Origin: Fibrobacterales bacterium
Lineage (GTDB): Bacteria > Fibrobacterota > Fibrobacteria > Fibrobacterales > JAOPTW01
DNA: 64,000 bases
NCBI GenBank assembly: GCA_051532055.1
Contig: JAOPTX010000017.1
Location: forward strand, 1 to 64,000
Reading direction: 5' to 3'
Below are positions 22,652 through 32,416 of this stretch, piece by piece. Under the pieces are notes generated by a model, which made no database searches, was not told the DNA's origin, and was given only the letters and a program-made list of their open reading frames with translations. Each line of letters starts with the position of its first letter. The first letter of the stretch is position 1. The position numbers and the translations under genes were made by a program.

Positions 22652-24868
22652 GTGCCTATGGGATCCATTCACATATATACACTATTCGTAGTGATTTCCT
22701 TAATGGTAGCAGGCGTAATCTCGCCAGTGATTGCTGGCCCCGTAGTTTCTGATCATTCTAAAACACTTGAGGAGAAGCTCGATGCTGTTCTCAAGCTCTA
22801 TAAAAATGATGGTAAATTAGGGCTTTCAATTTTTTCTCCACAGAAAAACAAGGCCTTGCACAGTATCAATGCCGATTCACTTTTTAGACCAGCGTCTACG
22901 CTCAAATTACTTGTTACCTCAACCGCTTTACATACATTGGGTACGGAATATCAACCGGTTACCAACTTTACATTGAGTGGTGTTCAGCAAGGCTCTACCT
23001 TTTGGGGGTGGGCAACAATTACCGGTGGTGGAGATCCTAATATTTCTGGTCGGTATTTTGGAAAACCGCTTGTAGCTTTTACTCCTTGGATAGATTCTCT
23101 AAAGGCGTTAGGTATTGATACGATCCGGGGGAGCCTTACTTTTGATCATAGTTATTACACTGACCCTTTTAGGCCGACAACATGGAAAGATGAGTTTTTT
23201 CTCAATTGGTATGGTGCAGAAGTTGCAGCCCTAACGTTTAATGATAATTGCGTAGATGTAACGGTTACTCCAGCAGCTATAGGTGATGATGTCGTGGTTG
23301 GGCAGTCGCCTGAAATAGGGTTTCTTAAAGTGATCAATAAAGCCAAAACAGTTAGGGGGAGTCGTCAACGCTTGGTGTATCACATAGGTGCTGAAGATAA
23401 CAGTCTGACTATAAGTGGGTCAATGGGTATACGTTCTGGAGAGTGGACCCTCTCTGTACCGGTTAAAAATCCCCCTTCATTTTTTGAGGCGTCGCTTCGT
23501 TCTGTGCTCACAAAGTCAGGTATAACGGTTGTTGATGGAACTCCTGATAAGGCGCCCGGCGGCGCTGTAAGTCGTATAGCAGTTTGGCCTCTCACTACTG
23601 CACCTCTATTAAGTCTCCTCGATGAGATAAATCAACGTTCACAAAATCTTCATGCTGAGATGCTTCTCAGAAATATCGGTGGCCACTTTCATGGATCGGG
23701 TTCCTTAGAGAATGGTATTCGAGTAGAGCAAGAGTTTTTGCAGAGCATTGGAATTGATTCTACTCAGTATCACCTTCTGGATGGAAGTGGACTCTCGTAT
23801 GGAAATCGAATTTCACCCAAGGCGATGACGAGTGTACTCACTTCGATGCTTCGACATCCTCAATCGGGCCTTTTTTATAGGTCACTCGCAATACCAGGAA
23901 TAAGTGGCGTGTCAGGTAAAAGGCTCCCGAGTTTAAAATATAAGAGCCGAGTTCGGTTTAAGACGGGTTTTGTTAATTTTACTCAAGGACTTGTAGGGTA
24001 TATACAAACACCGACCTATGACACTTTAGCGGTAGCGCTCTACTTAAACGAATATCGTATCGATGATTATAATGCTCAAAAATTAATGGATAGTCTCTGG
24101 TGTGAAATAACGCTTCACTTTAATCAAGAACAGGAGAGCGTATTAAAAGCTCGCAAATTGTGGTATCCCATAAAAGACACTCTTTATCAAAATAGACTTA
24201 TGGCATTTAGTAAACAGCTCATGGGTGAACCCTACAAACTAGGCCCTACGGGTGAGGGGGTTCATGGGTTGGTTGAGAGAAAGCCACTTATCAACATGTT
24301 TGAGTTTGATTGTGTAACATACATAGAGAGTGTTATGGCTCTTGCGCGTGCAGCATCACCTGACTCCATACTCTCAGAGCTCACGAATATTCGGTACAAA
24401 GAGGGGCAGGTTTATTACTCAATGCGTAAACATTACTTTGTTGAAGACTGGATAGGCGCGAGTCCCGAAATGGTAGAGATTCTTCGCCTGCATGGAGACT
24501 CTGTTGGTGTGCGTGAAATGGACAAAAAGGGTTTTTATGAGAGTAAGGGTTGGGAATATAAATTTGACAACCCTCAAGTTACCTTGAATGTACTGCCCAT
24601 TGATTCAGCCATTGAACGCTATTCGGAAAAGTATCAGGATGAAAGCCGTATATTGGGTGTGGGTTTGGTAGGGAAATATCCAAAAATTTGGGTGACTCAT
24701 ACTGGATTCTTACTTTTCAATCCTGGCAAAGCTCCGACATTTCGGCATGCAAGCTTTAAGCATAAAAAGGTTGAAGAAGTGCCTTTTTCAGAATATCTTA
24801 AAAGTAGATTGGGGTCAATTATTGGTATCGTGCTCTTTGAGTTTAAAGAGCCAGGAGGGAGACAATGA
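22652..24868 (+). CDS. dacB: D-Ala-D-Ala carboxypeptidase/endopeptidase (S13) fused to a DUF1460 NlpC/P60-like domain
   Basis: SxxK PASTLK, SxN SQNLHAE, DGSGLS, KTG; C-terminal FDCVTYIE...RKHYF...THTG. Confidence 0.85.
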   Translation: MPMGSIHIYTLFVVISLMVAGVISPVIAGPVVSDHSKTLEEKLDAVLKLYKNDGKLGLSIFSPQKNKALHSINADSLFRPASTLKLLVTSTALHTLGTEYQPVTNFTLSGVQQGSTFWGWATITGGGDPNISGRYFGKPLVAFTPWIDSLKALGIDTIRGSLTFDHSYYTDPFRPTTWKDEFFLNWYGAEVAALTFNDNCVDVTVTPAAIGDDVVVGQSPEIGFLKVINKAKTVRGSRQRLVYHIGAEDNSLTISGSMGIRSGEWTLSVPVKNPPSFFEASLRSVLTKSGITVVDGTPDKAPGGAVSRIAVWPLTTAPLLSLLDEINQRSQNLHAEMLLRNIGGHFHGSGSLENGIRVEQEFLQSIGIDSTQYHLLDGSGLSYGNRISPKAMTSVLTSMLRHPQSGLFYRSLAIPGISGVSGKRLPSLKYKSRVRFKTGFVNFTQGLVGYIQTPTYDTLAVALYLNEYRIDDYNAQKLMDSLWCEITLHFNQEQESVLKARKLWYPIKDTLYQNRLMAFSKQLMGEPYKLGPTGEGVHGLVERKPLINMFEFDCVTYIESVMALARAASPDSILSELTNIRYKEGQVYYSMRKHYFVEDWIGASPEMVEILRLHGDSVGVREMDKKGFYESKGWEYKFDNPQVTLNVLPIDSAIERYSEKYQDESRILGVGLVGKYPKIWVTHTGFLLFNPGKAPTFRHASFKHKKVEEVPFSEYLKSRLGSIIGIVLFEFKEPGGRQ

Positions 24869-25815
24869 GAATAATGATAATAGTTGCACTGGTAAGTGTA
24901 TCACTTTGGTCGTTTAATCCAGAAGAGTTCTGCTCAGGAATCTATAATTGTATCGCTATTCAGCCCGTTGAATGTAGTGACTCTCTTATCGTTAAAAATG
25001 AAGATATCGAGTATGACTCAACCTTTTGTAGTATCTATCAAGAAGTCCAGTCTCGGGAGCTTGAGCCTGACAGGCCGGAGACGCGAGAGCTTTATTCAAA
25101 CTTAGGAATTGAGCATAGAGTCACATATATCGTAGAAGGTGATCTCCCCATTTCAAAAAAAATGCTCGATTTTTTATTAAGCGATATTCCTCACACTGCC
25201 CTACTCATTAACGCCTATCAAGAAACGGAGTATGATGCACGCTATACAACCCTTGATCATAAAACATTTCATGGCACGAATGGTGGGTCGTTAAAGGGTA
25301 CCATTAGTGAACTTGCTGATAACCCCAGTAAGAGAGAAATCACCTATTTTGGGTATGGCGTAACAGAAGTACTCTTTTGGTCTCTTCGTGGAACAGTGCT
25401 CTTTTTCTTCGAATATCAAGAGACAGCAAATAAAGAGGTTCACTACGCACTAACGGTTACAGTGTTTAATCGAAGCTCGATTATAAATGGCATTATGGAC
25501 CTTGGAATGTTCAGGTCTGTGGTCAATTCAAAAATTGAGAAAATTATTAATCATATTAAAGACTCAGCTCACGAGTATGCAACGGGTAATATTGGTTCTA
25601 TTGATGAGTATGATAAATTGAAAACAGAACTTGCTCAAGAATTTTTGCGAAAACTGCGCATGGTTGATGATACTGTTGTGGCTCCTGAGGAGTCGTTGTC
25701 ATCTAAAGAAGAGGGCGATAGTTTTATTGTAGAGACTGTAGATCAAATGGTGCCAAATCGCATTCGGTTAGAGAACCCCTCTGATACGAGTGTGCCAGTA
25801 GTTGCACCCCGATAA
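24865..25815 (+). CDS. Secreted hypothetical protein
   Basis: 316 aa ORF with signal peptide; ATGA overlap with dacB stop. Confidence 0.65.
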   Translation: MRIMIIVALVSVSLWSFNPEEFCSGIYNCIAIQPVECSDSLIVKNEDIEYDSTFCSIYQEVQSRELEPDRPETRELYSNLGIEHRVTYIVEGDLPISKKMLDFLLSDIPHTALLINAYQETEYDARYTTLDHKTFHGTNGGSLKGTISELADNPSKREITYFGYGVTEVLFWSLRGTVLFFFEYQETANKEVHYALTVTVFNRSSIINGIMDLGMFRSVVNSKIEKIINHIKDSAHEYATGNIGSIDEYDKLKTELAQEFLRKLRMVDDTVVAPEESLSSKEEGDSFIVETVDQMVPNRIRLENPSDTSVPVVAPR

Positions 25816-25823
25816 GGAATAAA

Positions 25824-26495
25824 ATGAATAGTTATGATTTAGATAAAGAAGCACTGCTTAAAGAGTATGGGGATAAGCTGACAGAGCGTCGTATTACCCT
25901 CCTTAACGAAGCGCTTCAGCAGAGAACTCGCCACTTTACCTTAGTTCTCGAAGATCTTTTTGACCCGCACAATATCAGTGCACTTATCCGTACCTCAGAA
26001 GTATATGGCTTGCAAGATGTACATGTTATAGAAGAAGAGAACCCCTATCGTATAAGCAAATCGGTACTTAAAGGGTCATTTAAGTGGCTCAACCTTTATA
26101 AGTATAAACAACGTACACGTTGCATGGAAAATTTGAGAGCTCAGGGATATCAGATCGCTGTTGCATCAACCAATACAGATAAAACGATAGATCAACTGGA
26201 TTTATCAGTTCCAACGGCTTTTTATATGGGGGCTGAGTTTAGAGGTAATCACCCTGATACTCTTAAAGAAGCAGATGTTCATTTTATACTTCCACAATAT
26301 GGCCTCACTGAGTCTATGAATGTATCCGTTGCAGGTGGAGTACTTATGACCTATCTTGATGTGTATCTACGCCAAGAAGGGAGAAGAGCGCAGTATGGGT
26401 TGAGTGAAGAAGAAAAGAAGGAATTGCAGTTTGACTGGTATGAGCGATGCTGTTTTGGCATTGAACGAAACTCTCCTCTTACACAAGTTGAATAG
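25824..26495 (+). CDS. SpoU/TrmH family RNA 2'-O-methyltransferase
   Basis: DPHNISALIRTSE, MGAEFRG, ESMNVSVA. Confidence 0.9.
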   Translation: MNSYDLDKEALLKEYGDKLTERRITLLNEALQQRTRHFTLVLEDLFDPHNISALIRTSEVYGLQDVHVIEEENPYRISKSVLKGSFKWLNLYKYKQRTRCMENLRAQGYQIAVASTNTDKTIDQLDLSVPTAFYMGAEFRGNHPDTLKEADVHFILPQYGLTESMNVSVAGGVLMTYLDVYLRQEGRRAQYGLSEEEKKELQFDWYERCCFGIERNSPLTQVE

Positions 26496-26642
26496 TACTT
26501 GGGCGGTGTTGAGCATCTTCACACCACCTATTTATATTATTACATTATATCAAAATTATTTGAAACTATTGTTGGGCTTACAACAGATGCATAGTGCGAC
26601 TTGGCCTTATGTGAGTATGTTTGCCACTTTTTGGAGAAAACT

Positions 26643-26936
26643 ATGATTAATCATATTGTGATGTGGAAAATTGGCCCTTCTGAAAGTGCCTCAAAAGGAA
26701 AAAATATTCAAACGGCTGCAAAAATGTTAAATGAGCTTCCTTTTGTGATTAGTGAAATACAAAAGTTTGAAGTTGGGGTAAATTGGTGTGATGAAGCGTC
26801 AGCTTTTGACCTCGTATTATACTCAGTCTTTGATTCACAAGAGAGTATGCATACTTATAAAGTGCACCCCGACCACCAGAAGGTTGTGGAATTTATGAAG
26901 TCAGTTGTTACGGAACGTGCTGTGGTTGATTATTAA
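26643..26936 (+). CDS. Dabb family stress-responsive alpha/beta barrel protein
   Basis: MINHIVMWK...YKVHPDHQKV...RAVVDY. Confidence 0.88.
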   Translation: MINHIVMWKIGPSESASKGKNIQTAAKMLNELPFVISEIQKFEVGVNWCDEASAFDLVLYSVFDSQESMHTYKVHPDHQKVVEFMKSVVTERAVVDY

Positions 26937-26992
26937 TTTTTGAGTTATTCATTATCCTTGATGATATTAAATAAAGAGAGTGTAGGAGTGTT

Positions 26993-28468
26993 ATGAGAGT
27001 AAGTATTGAACAACTAATGAATGAATCAGGTGTAACTTTTGGTACGTCTGGTGCCCGGGGGCTTGTCTCTGCTATGACTGATGCAGTCTGCTATGCCTAT
27101 ACACGAGCTTTTTTACAACATCTATCTGATCAAGGTGCTCTTACCGTTGGTGCGGGGGTCGCTATTGCAGGGGACTACCGGCCGAGTAGTGAACGGATAA
27201 TGACAGCGGTAGGACGCGCGGCAGAAGATGGGGGCTATACGGCAGTAAATTGTGGAGCTATTCCTTCACCGGCAGTAGCACTTTATGGTATCGATACGGG
27301 TATTCCTGCAATCATGGTTACGGGGAGTCACATTCCTGATGATAGAAATGGCATTAAGTTTAATAAAGCAACAGGTGAGATCAATAAAGGTGATGAAACA
27401 GGCATTAAGAGCCAGAGTGTTGATATACCTGACGGACTATTTGATAGTGCTGGAATGTTTATAAATAAAGTTTCTTTGCCGACTCAAACAATAGAAGCAG
27501 ATGAGCGTTATATTGCACGGTATGTTGACTACTTTGGTGCGAGCGCTTTGTCGGGGAAAATTATTGGTTTGTATGAACACTCTACTGTAGGGCGTGAAGA
27601 GATGTATCACGTCTTGACTGCCCTTGGCGCAGAAGTGATTAAACTGGGGTATTCAGATACTTTTATCCCGGTAGATACCGAAGCAATTCGTCCCGAAGAC
27701 TGTATACTTGCGAAACAGTGGGCAAAAGAATATACTCTTGATGCTATTGCTTCGGCTGATGGCGATTGTGATAGACCACTCCTGAGTGATGAGCATGGAG
27801 CCTGGTTTCGTGGAGATGTATTAGGAGTACTCTGTGCAGAATATTTAAAAGCAGATGCTGCAGCAACACCGGTCAGTTGTAATACCGTTGCTGAAAAATC
27901 GGGGATTTTTAAGAAGGTTTTGAGGACTCGCATTGGTTCTCCATTTGTTATTGCAGGGATGGAACAGCTCAAAGCTGAAACATTTCAATCCATTATTGGC
28001 TATGAAGCAAATGGTGGCTTTTTAACCTATTCGCCATTTAAATCTGGTGAAAAGGAACTTAAAGCATTACCTACCCGTGATGCGCTACTCCCTATTATTG
28101 CAGCGTTATTATTGTCAATTCAAAAAGAGACGTCACTCAGCCAGTTAGCGGGGGCATACCCAAGTAGATTTACAGCAAGTGATCGTTTAAAAGAGTTCCC
28201 CCTTGAGAAGAGTCGCGCAATTTTAAAGCGACTTGATACAGGGTCATTTGAATCAGATGCACTAGCAATTGAAGAACTCCTCAAGGATGAGTGCGGAACT
28301 GTCGATAGCATTGATAGAACGGATGGTGTGAGAATTACTTTTCATAATCGAGAGATTGTTCACTTAAGACCTTCGGGTAATGCTCCAGAATTTAGGTGTT
28401 ATGCAGAAGCAGAAAGTGATAATCGGGCGGTGGAGTTAACACAAACCTGTCTAAATAAACTAAAATAA
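26993..28468 (+). CDS. manB: Phosphomannomutase
   Basis: FGTSGARG, TGSHIP phospho-Ser, DGDCDRP, GYEANGG, RPSGNAPE. Confidence 0.9.
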   Translation: MRVSIEQLMNESGVTFGTSGARGLVSAMTDAVCYAYTRAFLQHLSDQGALTVGAGVAIAGDYRPSSERIMTAVGRAAEDGGYTAVNCGAIPSPAVALYGIDTGIPAIMVTGSHIPDDRNGIKFNKATGEINKGDETGIKSQSVDIPDGLFDSAGMFINKVSLPTQTIEADERYIARYVDYFGASALSGKIIGLYEHSTVGREEMYHVLTALGAEVIKLGYSDTFIPVDTEAIRPEDCILAKQWAKEYTLDAIASADGDCDRPLLSDEHGAWFRGDVLGVLCAEYLKADAAATPVSCNTVAEKSGIFKKVLRTRIGSPFVIAGMEQLKAETFQSIIGYEANGGFLTYSPFKSGEKELKALPTRDALLPIIAALLLSIQKETSLSQLAGAYPSRFTASDRLKEFPLEKSRAILKRLDTGSFESDALAIEELLKDECGTVDSIDRTDGVRITFHNREIVHLRPSGNAPEFRCYAEAESDNRAVELTQTCLNKLK

Positions 28469-28551
28469 GATTGATCTCAGCTGAGATTATGTAGATTAAA
28501 GGTCATGCCCACAAGTAGGTGGGCGCTGAATCCAGGGGATCGCAGTTGGAC

Positions 28552-28893
28552 ATGGATAAGATGAAACGGGGTCGTTATTTTGATAGTGGTGAGTCGAAAC
28601 CTTTAGAAGAAGAGGTGAGGCCTAAAGGTCGTTCCCGTAAACAAATAGAGCAAGAAAATGCTGAACGCAAAAAACAAGAGCAACTTCAGCGTCAAAAAGA
28701 TCGAATTAAGCGCGAAATTAGACGAGAACATCTCAATGGTCATGAAGAGGTGGATTATGATATTAAAGAACAGTGGGACCATGAGAGCAAAATTGCAGTC
28801 TTTGCTCTTTTTGGCTTAAAAATTCTACTGATCTCATTTGTTATTTTTGAGATATACCACATGATTGTATTTAAGAAATTCTTTCTTTTCTAG
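28552..28893 (+). CDS. Hypothetical protein with charged N-terminus and C-terminal TM helix
   Basis: ORF fills the intergenic gap; hydrophobic C-terminus. Confidence 0.6.
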   Translation: MDKMKRGRYFDSGESKPLEEEVRPKGRSRKQIEQENAERKKQEQLQRQKDRIKREIRREHLNGHEEVDYDIKEQWDHESKIAVFALFGLKILLISFVIFEIYHMIVFKKFFLF

Positions 28894-28898
28894 AATAA

Positions 28899-29480
28899 TT
28901 ACTTTTCAAAAATACCAAGAAGAGCATCATAAAAAGTTCGGTCAGCCTTCTGTGGTGAAACATACTGTATATGTCCATCAGTTTTATTATAGAGCTCCAT
29001 AATGGGGCCGTGTGAATACCCTTTTTCAATGAGAAATTCAGTGAGGGGAGGGTAGACTTTCAGTATCCCAAAGAGAATAGATAAGTCGGATTTATAGGGG
29101 AATTGAGCAATAACACTTGGGACGGGCTTGTAGTCGGCTAAATCAAATGATTCGGCAAGAGTAGCGATCTCTGCAGAATCAGTGAGAGGAACAACACAGC
29201 CTACAAGACTTCTGAGTTCTGACTCCTCTACTTCTTGAGGATTATCCCAGTAAATACCAAATTTAGTAGCGCATCCAATGTTATGAATGGAGAGCTTTGT
29301 TGCAATGGTAAGGATTTTTTCACCCACAGTGCTATAGCTTCCTGTATGCTTTTCATAGGCCAGAACATATCGATTATTCTCTTGTTCTACAAAGGTAATA
29401 GAATCAAAAAGATTAAAGTAGTTAAGGGTTATACCGAGTAATACCACTATGAGGAGAAGAGTTGATAAGATGTATTTCAT
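28899..29480 (-). CDS. GyrI-like small-molecule-binding domain protein, membrane-anchored
   Basis: HTGSY, FGIYWDNPQEV...LRSLVG, KVYP. Confidence 0.75.
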   Translation of the reverse strand: MKYILSTLLLIVVLLGITLNYFNLFDSITFVEQENNRYVLAYEKHTGSYSTVGEKILTIATKLSIHNIGCATKFGIYWDNPQEVEESELRSLVGCVVPLTDSAEIATLAESFDLADYKPVPSVIAQFPYKSDLSILFGILKVYPPLTEFLIEKGYSHGPIMELYNKTDGHIQYVSPQKADRTFYDALLGIFEK

Positions 29481-29499
29481 TATATTTCCTTTTGTGGCG

Positions 29500-29805
29500 T
29501 TAATAGGCAATTTCAAATGATTGAAAGTGCTCTTGGGGTTGTTGCTCTGTGATCGTTACGGATGCGACTATCGCAGCGGGTGGTCCGTCTTGGCACCACT
29601 CATACAGTGCGATCAGTTGTCCAGTAGTTCCTTGGGCGACTATCAATACTGATTCATCCGGCTTGTTTTTTACCCACCCAGTAATGTTGAGCTGTGTTGC
29701 CTTTTGATGTGTAGCATATCTAAAACTAACACCCTGAACCTTACCAATAACAAGTATAGTATACTGCCTGATTGCACTCTCTTGTATTGATGGTTCCATA
29801 ATCAT
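29500..29805 (-). CDS. acyP: Acylphosphatase
   Basis: GKVQGVSFR, GWVKN, GPPAA. Confidence 0.92.
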   Translation of the reverse strand: MIMEPSIQESAIRQYTILVIGKVQGVSFRYATHQKATQLNITGWVKNKPDESVLIVAQGTTGQLIALYEWCQDGPPAAIVASVTITEQQPQEHFQSFEIAY

Positions 29806-29852
29806 AGAGAGGCCGTTCTTAATTTTCTATTTTGTAATAATAAAAACCCCTT

Positions 29853-30650
29853 TTGGATTTGGCGAGATACACGGTGAAAAAAGTAAAAGTTACCTTTGAA
29901 GAATATTATAGTGGTGAATTAGGCGATAGATGGCCAAAGCTCAGAGCTGCTCTGCTAGAGGAAAAAAGCTATTTTGAGCTTAAAGAAGGGCTGAGACAAA
30001 GCTACTTTTTAGACCCGGCATCAGTGAGAGCGGCATCGGCACTCTCCATTGATGAAGGGGATATGATATTAGATCTTTGTGCGGCACCAGGGGGGAAGTC
30101 CCTGGTGATTGCATCAACGCTCCCAGCTATGGCGCATTTAAAGACTAATGAAAAATCTCCGGCTCGTCGCCAGCGCCTCAAAAAAGTTCTTGATGAGCAT
30201 CTTACAGAAACAGTACGGTCTCATACGGAAGTTACGGGATATGATGCAACAAAATGGGGACTCTTTGAAAAAGAGGTTTATGACAAAGTCCTCCTAGATG
30301 CGCCCTGTTCATCTGAAGCGCATGTTCTCCAATCACCAAAACATCTTAAGGAGTGGACTCCATCACGGGTAAAACGGCTCTCACAGCAGCAATTTGCCAT
30401 GGTTGCGAGTGCCTTGGATGCACTCAAAGAAGGTGGTGAGATGATCTATAGCACCTGTGCTCTTGCTGATGCAGAAAATGATGGTGTGATTGAGAAACTC
30501 CATAAAAAACGTTCGGGTAAATTTGAGATACTCCCTGTACAGGAAGAGATTGGTGAGGCAACAGTGTATGGTTGGAAGATGTGGCCCGATACCCACCCCG
30601 GTGTCGGCCCAATCTATTACTGTAAAATAAGGAAAACCTTCTCAAAATAG
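29853..30650 (+). CDS. RsmB/NOP family RNA m5C methyltransferase
   Basis: DLCAAPGGKS, DAPCS, YSTC, ENDGV; start may be GTG 29874. Confidence 0.9.
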   Translation: MDLARYTVKKVKVTFEEYYSGELGDRWPKLRAALLEEKSYFELKEGLRQSYFLDPASVRAASALSIDEGDMILDLCAAPGGKSLVIASTLPAMAHLKTNEKSPARRQRLKKVLDEHLTETVRSHTEVTGYDATKWGLFEKEVYDKVLLDAPCSSEAHVLQSPKHLKEWTPSRVKRLSQQQFAMVASALDALKEGGEMIYSTCALADAENDGVIEKLHKKRSGKFEILPVQEEIGEATVYGWKMWPDTHPGVGPIYYCKIRKTFSK

Positions 30651-30655
30651 AGAGA

Positions 30656-31501
30656 TTAAGAAAAGGGGTTGAGCAGCTTTTGTGTTCGTATTATGTGTAA
30701 AAGTGCAGTAATGCTGTAGACTCCTATAAAGCTGAGAAGTGATAGAGCAACTGCATAGCAGAAAAAGAGCGTGAGTGGAGCAAAGGTTTCTTGAAAAAAT
30801 AAAGCACTGACATTTTGAGAATATCCAGCAGTAGTCCCTATAATATTGAGAGCGAGTAGTGTGATACTCATTGCAATAAAGCCTGAAAACATTCCTTTTA
30901 TATCTGGTGGGCTCAGTTCCATATGGCTTGAGATACTTATTGAAAGATATATAAAGAGCCATGTAGATATTTCGCTGAATTGAAAGAGCGATATGAGATG
31001 GTGTGTAACGGTATATAATGCAGAATAGAAGGTAGTATAGGTGGTTTGTATTGATGAGAGGTCTATAGTTGAAGGGGAAAAGTCTCTTAAGGTCGTGTCA
31101 AAAAAAGTGAGTGTTAGGAGCCATAATAGTAGAGAGCCGAGTAAGAGTGGTCCAATACTAATGAAGAAATTGCCGATAAGGTGGTAGGGATTTTTAGGAT
31201 TAAATTGGTGTTCTATTGATCCCAGCTCAAAGGTTTTTGGATTAAAGAAGTTTGCTTTGGTTACTGTGTGACCAAAAAGAATGCAAAAAATGAGATGTCC
31301 CATTTCGTGAATAGGTACCCCAATGAGGCCGGTGACATAGGAATCAACTTTTTCAAGACCGCTATTTCTCAGAGAATTTCTAGTCCAACGAGAAAAAAGA
31401 TAGAGCAAAAGTCCGAAACTGAGAAGGGGAACAAAAATAAACCCTATATCTCGTAGGGTATTGGAAATACTCGTAGTAATTATTGTAAATACTTCATCCA
31501 T
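30656..31501 (-). CDS. Membrane metalloprotease-like protein (M50-like HExxH)
   Basis: IHEMGH in hydrophobic context, ISIGP, several TM segments. Confidence 0.65.
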   Translation of the reverse strand: MDEVFTIITTSISNTLRDIGFIFVPLLSFGLLLYLFSRWTRNSLRNSGLEKVDSYVTGLIGVPIHEMGHLIFCILFGHTVTKANFFNPKTFELGSIEHQFNPKNPYHLIGNFFISIGPLLLGSLLLWLLTLTFFDTTLRDFSPSTIDLSSIQTTYTTFYSALYTVTHHLISLFQFSEISTWLFIYLSISISSHMELSPPDIKGMFSGFIAMSITLLALNIIGTTAGYSQNVSALFFQETFAPLTLFFCYAVALSLLSFIGVYSITALLHIIRTQKLLNPFS

Positions 31502-31503
31502 TA

Positions 31504-32289
31504 CTATCCTGGTTTTTTACAGACAATATGGATGTATCGTCCGAGAGAGGCAAAGGGTTCTTTACGGCAAAAGTCTTCTTCTACCGCACAGAGTTTATCA
31601 AGATCTTTAGGTGGAGCAGGGGTATGAAGATAATCGTTAAAGATGCGGATCCCACATTTGCTTTCAATGGTATACCCCCACTCAGTAAGCCAAGCGTAAA
31701 CCTCGTTTTGGTCAAGTGGATTTCCGGGGGTTAGGTTGTTGGACTGTCCGAATTGAAACGAATCATCATCTCTAAAATAATTTCCTTTCAGAACTGTATT
31801 CATTATTGCTGAATTACGATTATAGAACATGAGAGAGAGTTGACCACCTGGTGCAAGAAGGGACAAAAGTTTAAAGAGAGTCTCTTTTGGGGACTCGAGC
31901 CATTCTAAAACAGCATGAAAAAGTATCATTGGGTACTGAGGGCCTGTATAGGTTGATACATATTCTTGAATAGTACTGTGAATGGGGGTGATGCGAGAGC
32001 CGTGTGGAGTTGACTGACACTCCTCTTTAGCGAGGGTGAGCATGTCTTGAGAAGCTTCGACAAGATCAATTGAAAAACCGCGTTCTGCACAACGGAGAGC
32101 GGTTCTACCAAAACCTCCCCCTGCATCTAAAAGCGGGGCCTCTGTGGGGCTATTTTCACCTAATAATGATAAGTTGGCCAACATATCATTCCATAGAATG
32201 TATTGCCGTATATACCCTTTGTTTGAGTCATAGATATTACGTCTAAATTTTTCTGCTTTGCCATCAAAAATGGTGTCTTTTGATTTCAT
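31504..32289 (-). CDS. cmoM: SAM-dependent methyltransferase, CmoM/SmtA-like
   Basis: F..NIY..KG.IR N-terminus, DAGGG, FHAVLEW, LSLMFYN, LGRYIH. Confidence 0.75.
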   Translation of the reverse strand: MKSKDTIFDGKAEKFRRNIYDSNKGYIRQYILWNDMLANLSLLGENSPTEAPLLDAGGGFGRTALRCAERGFSIDLVEASQDMLTLAKEECQSTPHGSRITPIHSTIQEYVSTYTGPQYPMILFHAVLEWLESPKETLFKLLSLLAPGGQLSLMFYNRNSAIMNTVLKGNYFRDDDSFQFGQSNNLTPGNPLDQNEVYAWLTEWGYTIESKCGIRIFNDYLHTPAPPKDLDKLCAVEEDFCRKEPFASLGRYIHIVCKKPG

Positions 32290-32416
32290 TGAGTACACTT
32301 TTTGCTCAAATGTAAGAGTGGTTAAGTATTGACATTATGTAAATGTACTTTTTTATATTTGAGCTGTCTTTTAGTGAGAAGAGTTGTATAATTGCAACAA
32401 GAACAAAAGACTAAAT

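Noticed and set aside
28474..28487. 14 bp palindrome ATCTCAGCTGAGAT after manB
   Set aside because: Single short occurrence; cannot distinguish an operator from a weak terminator or chance
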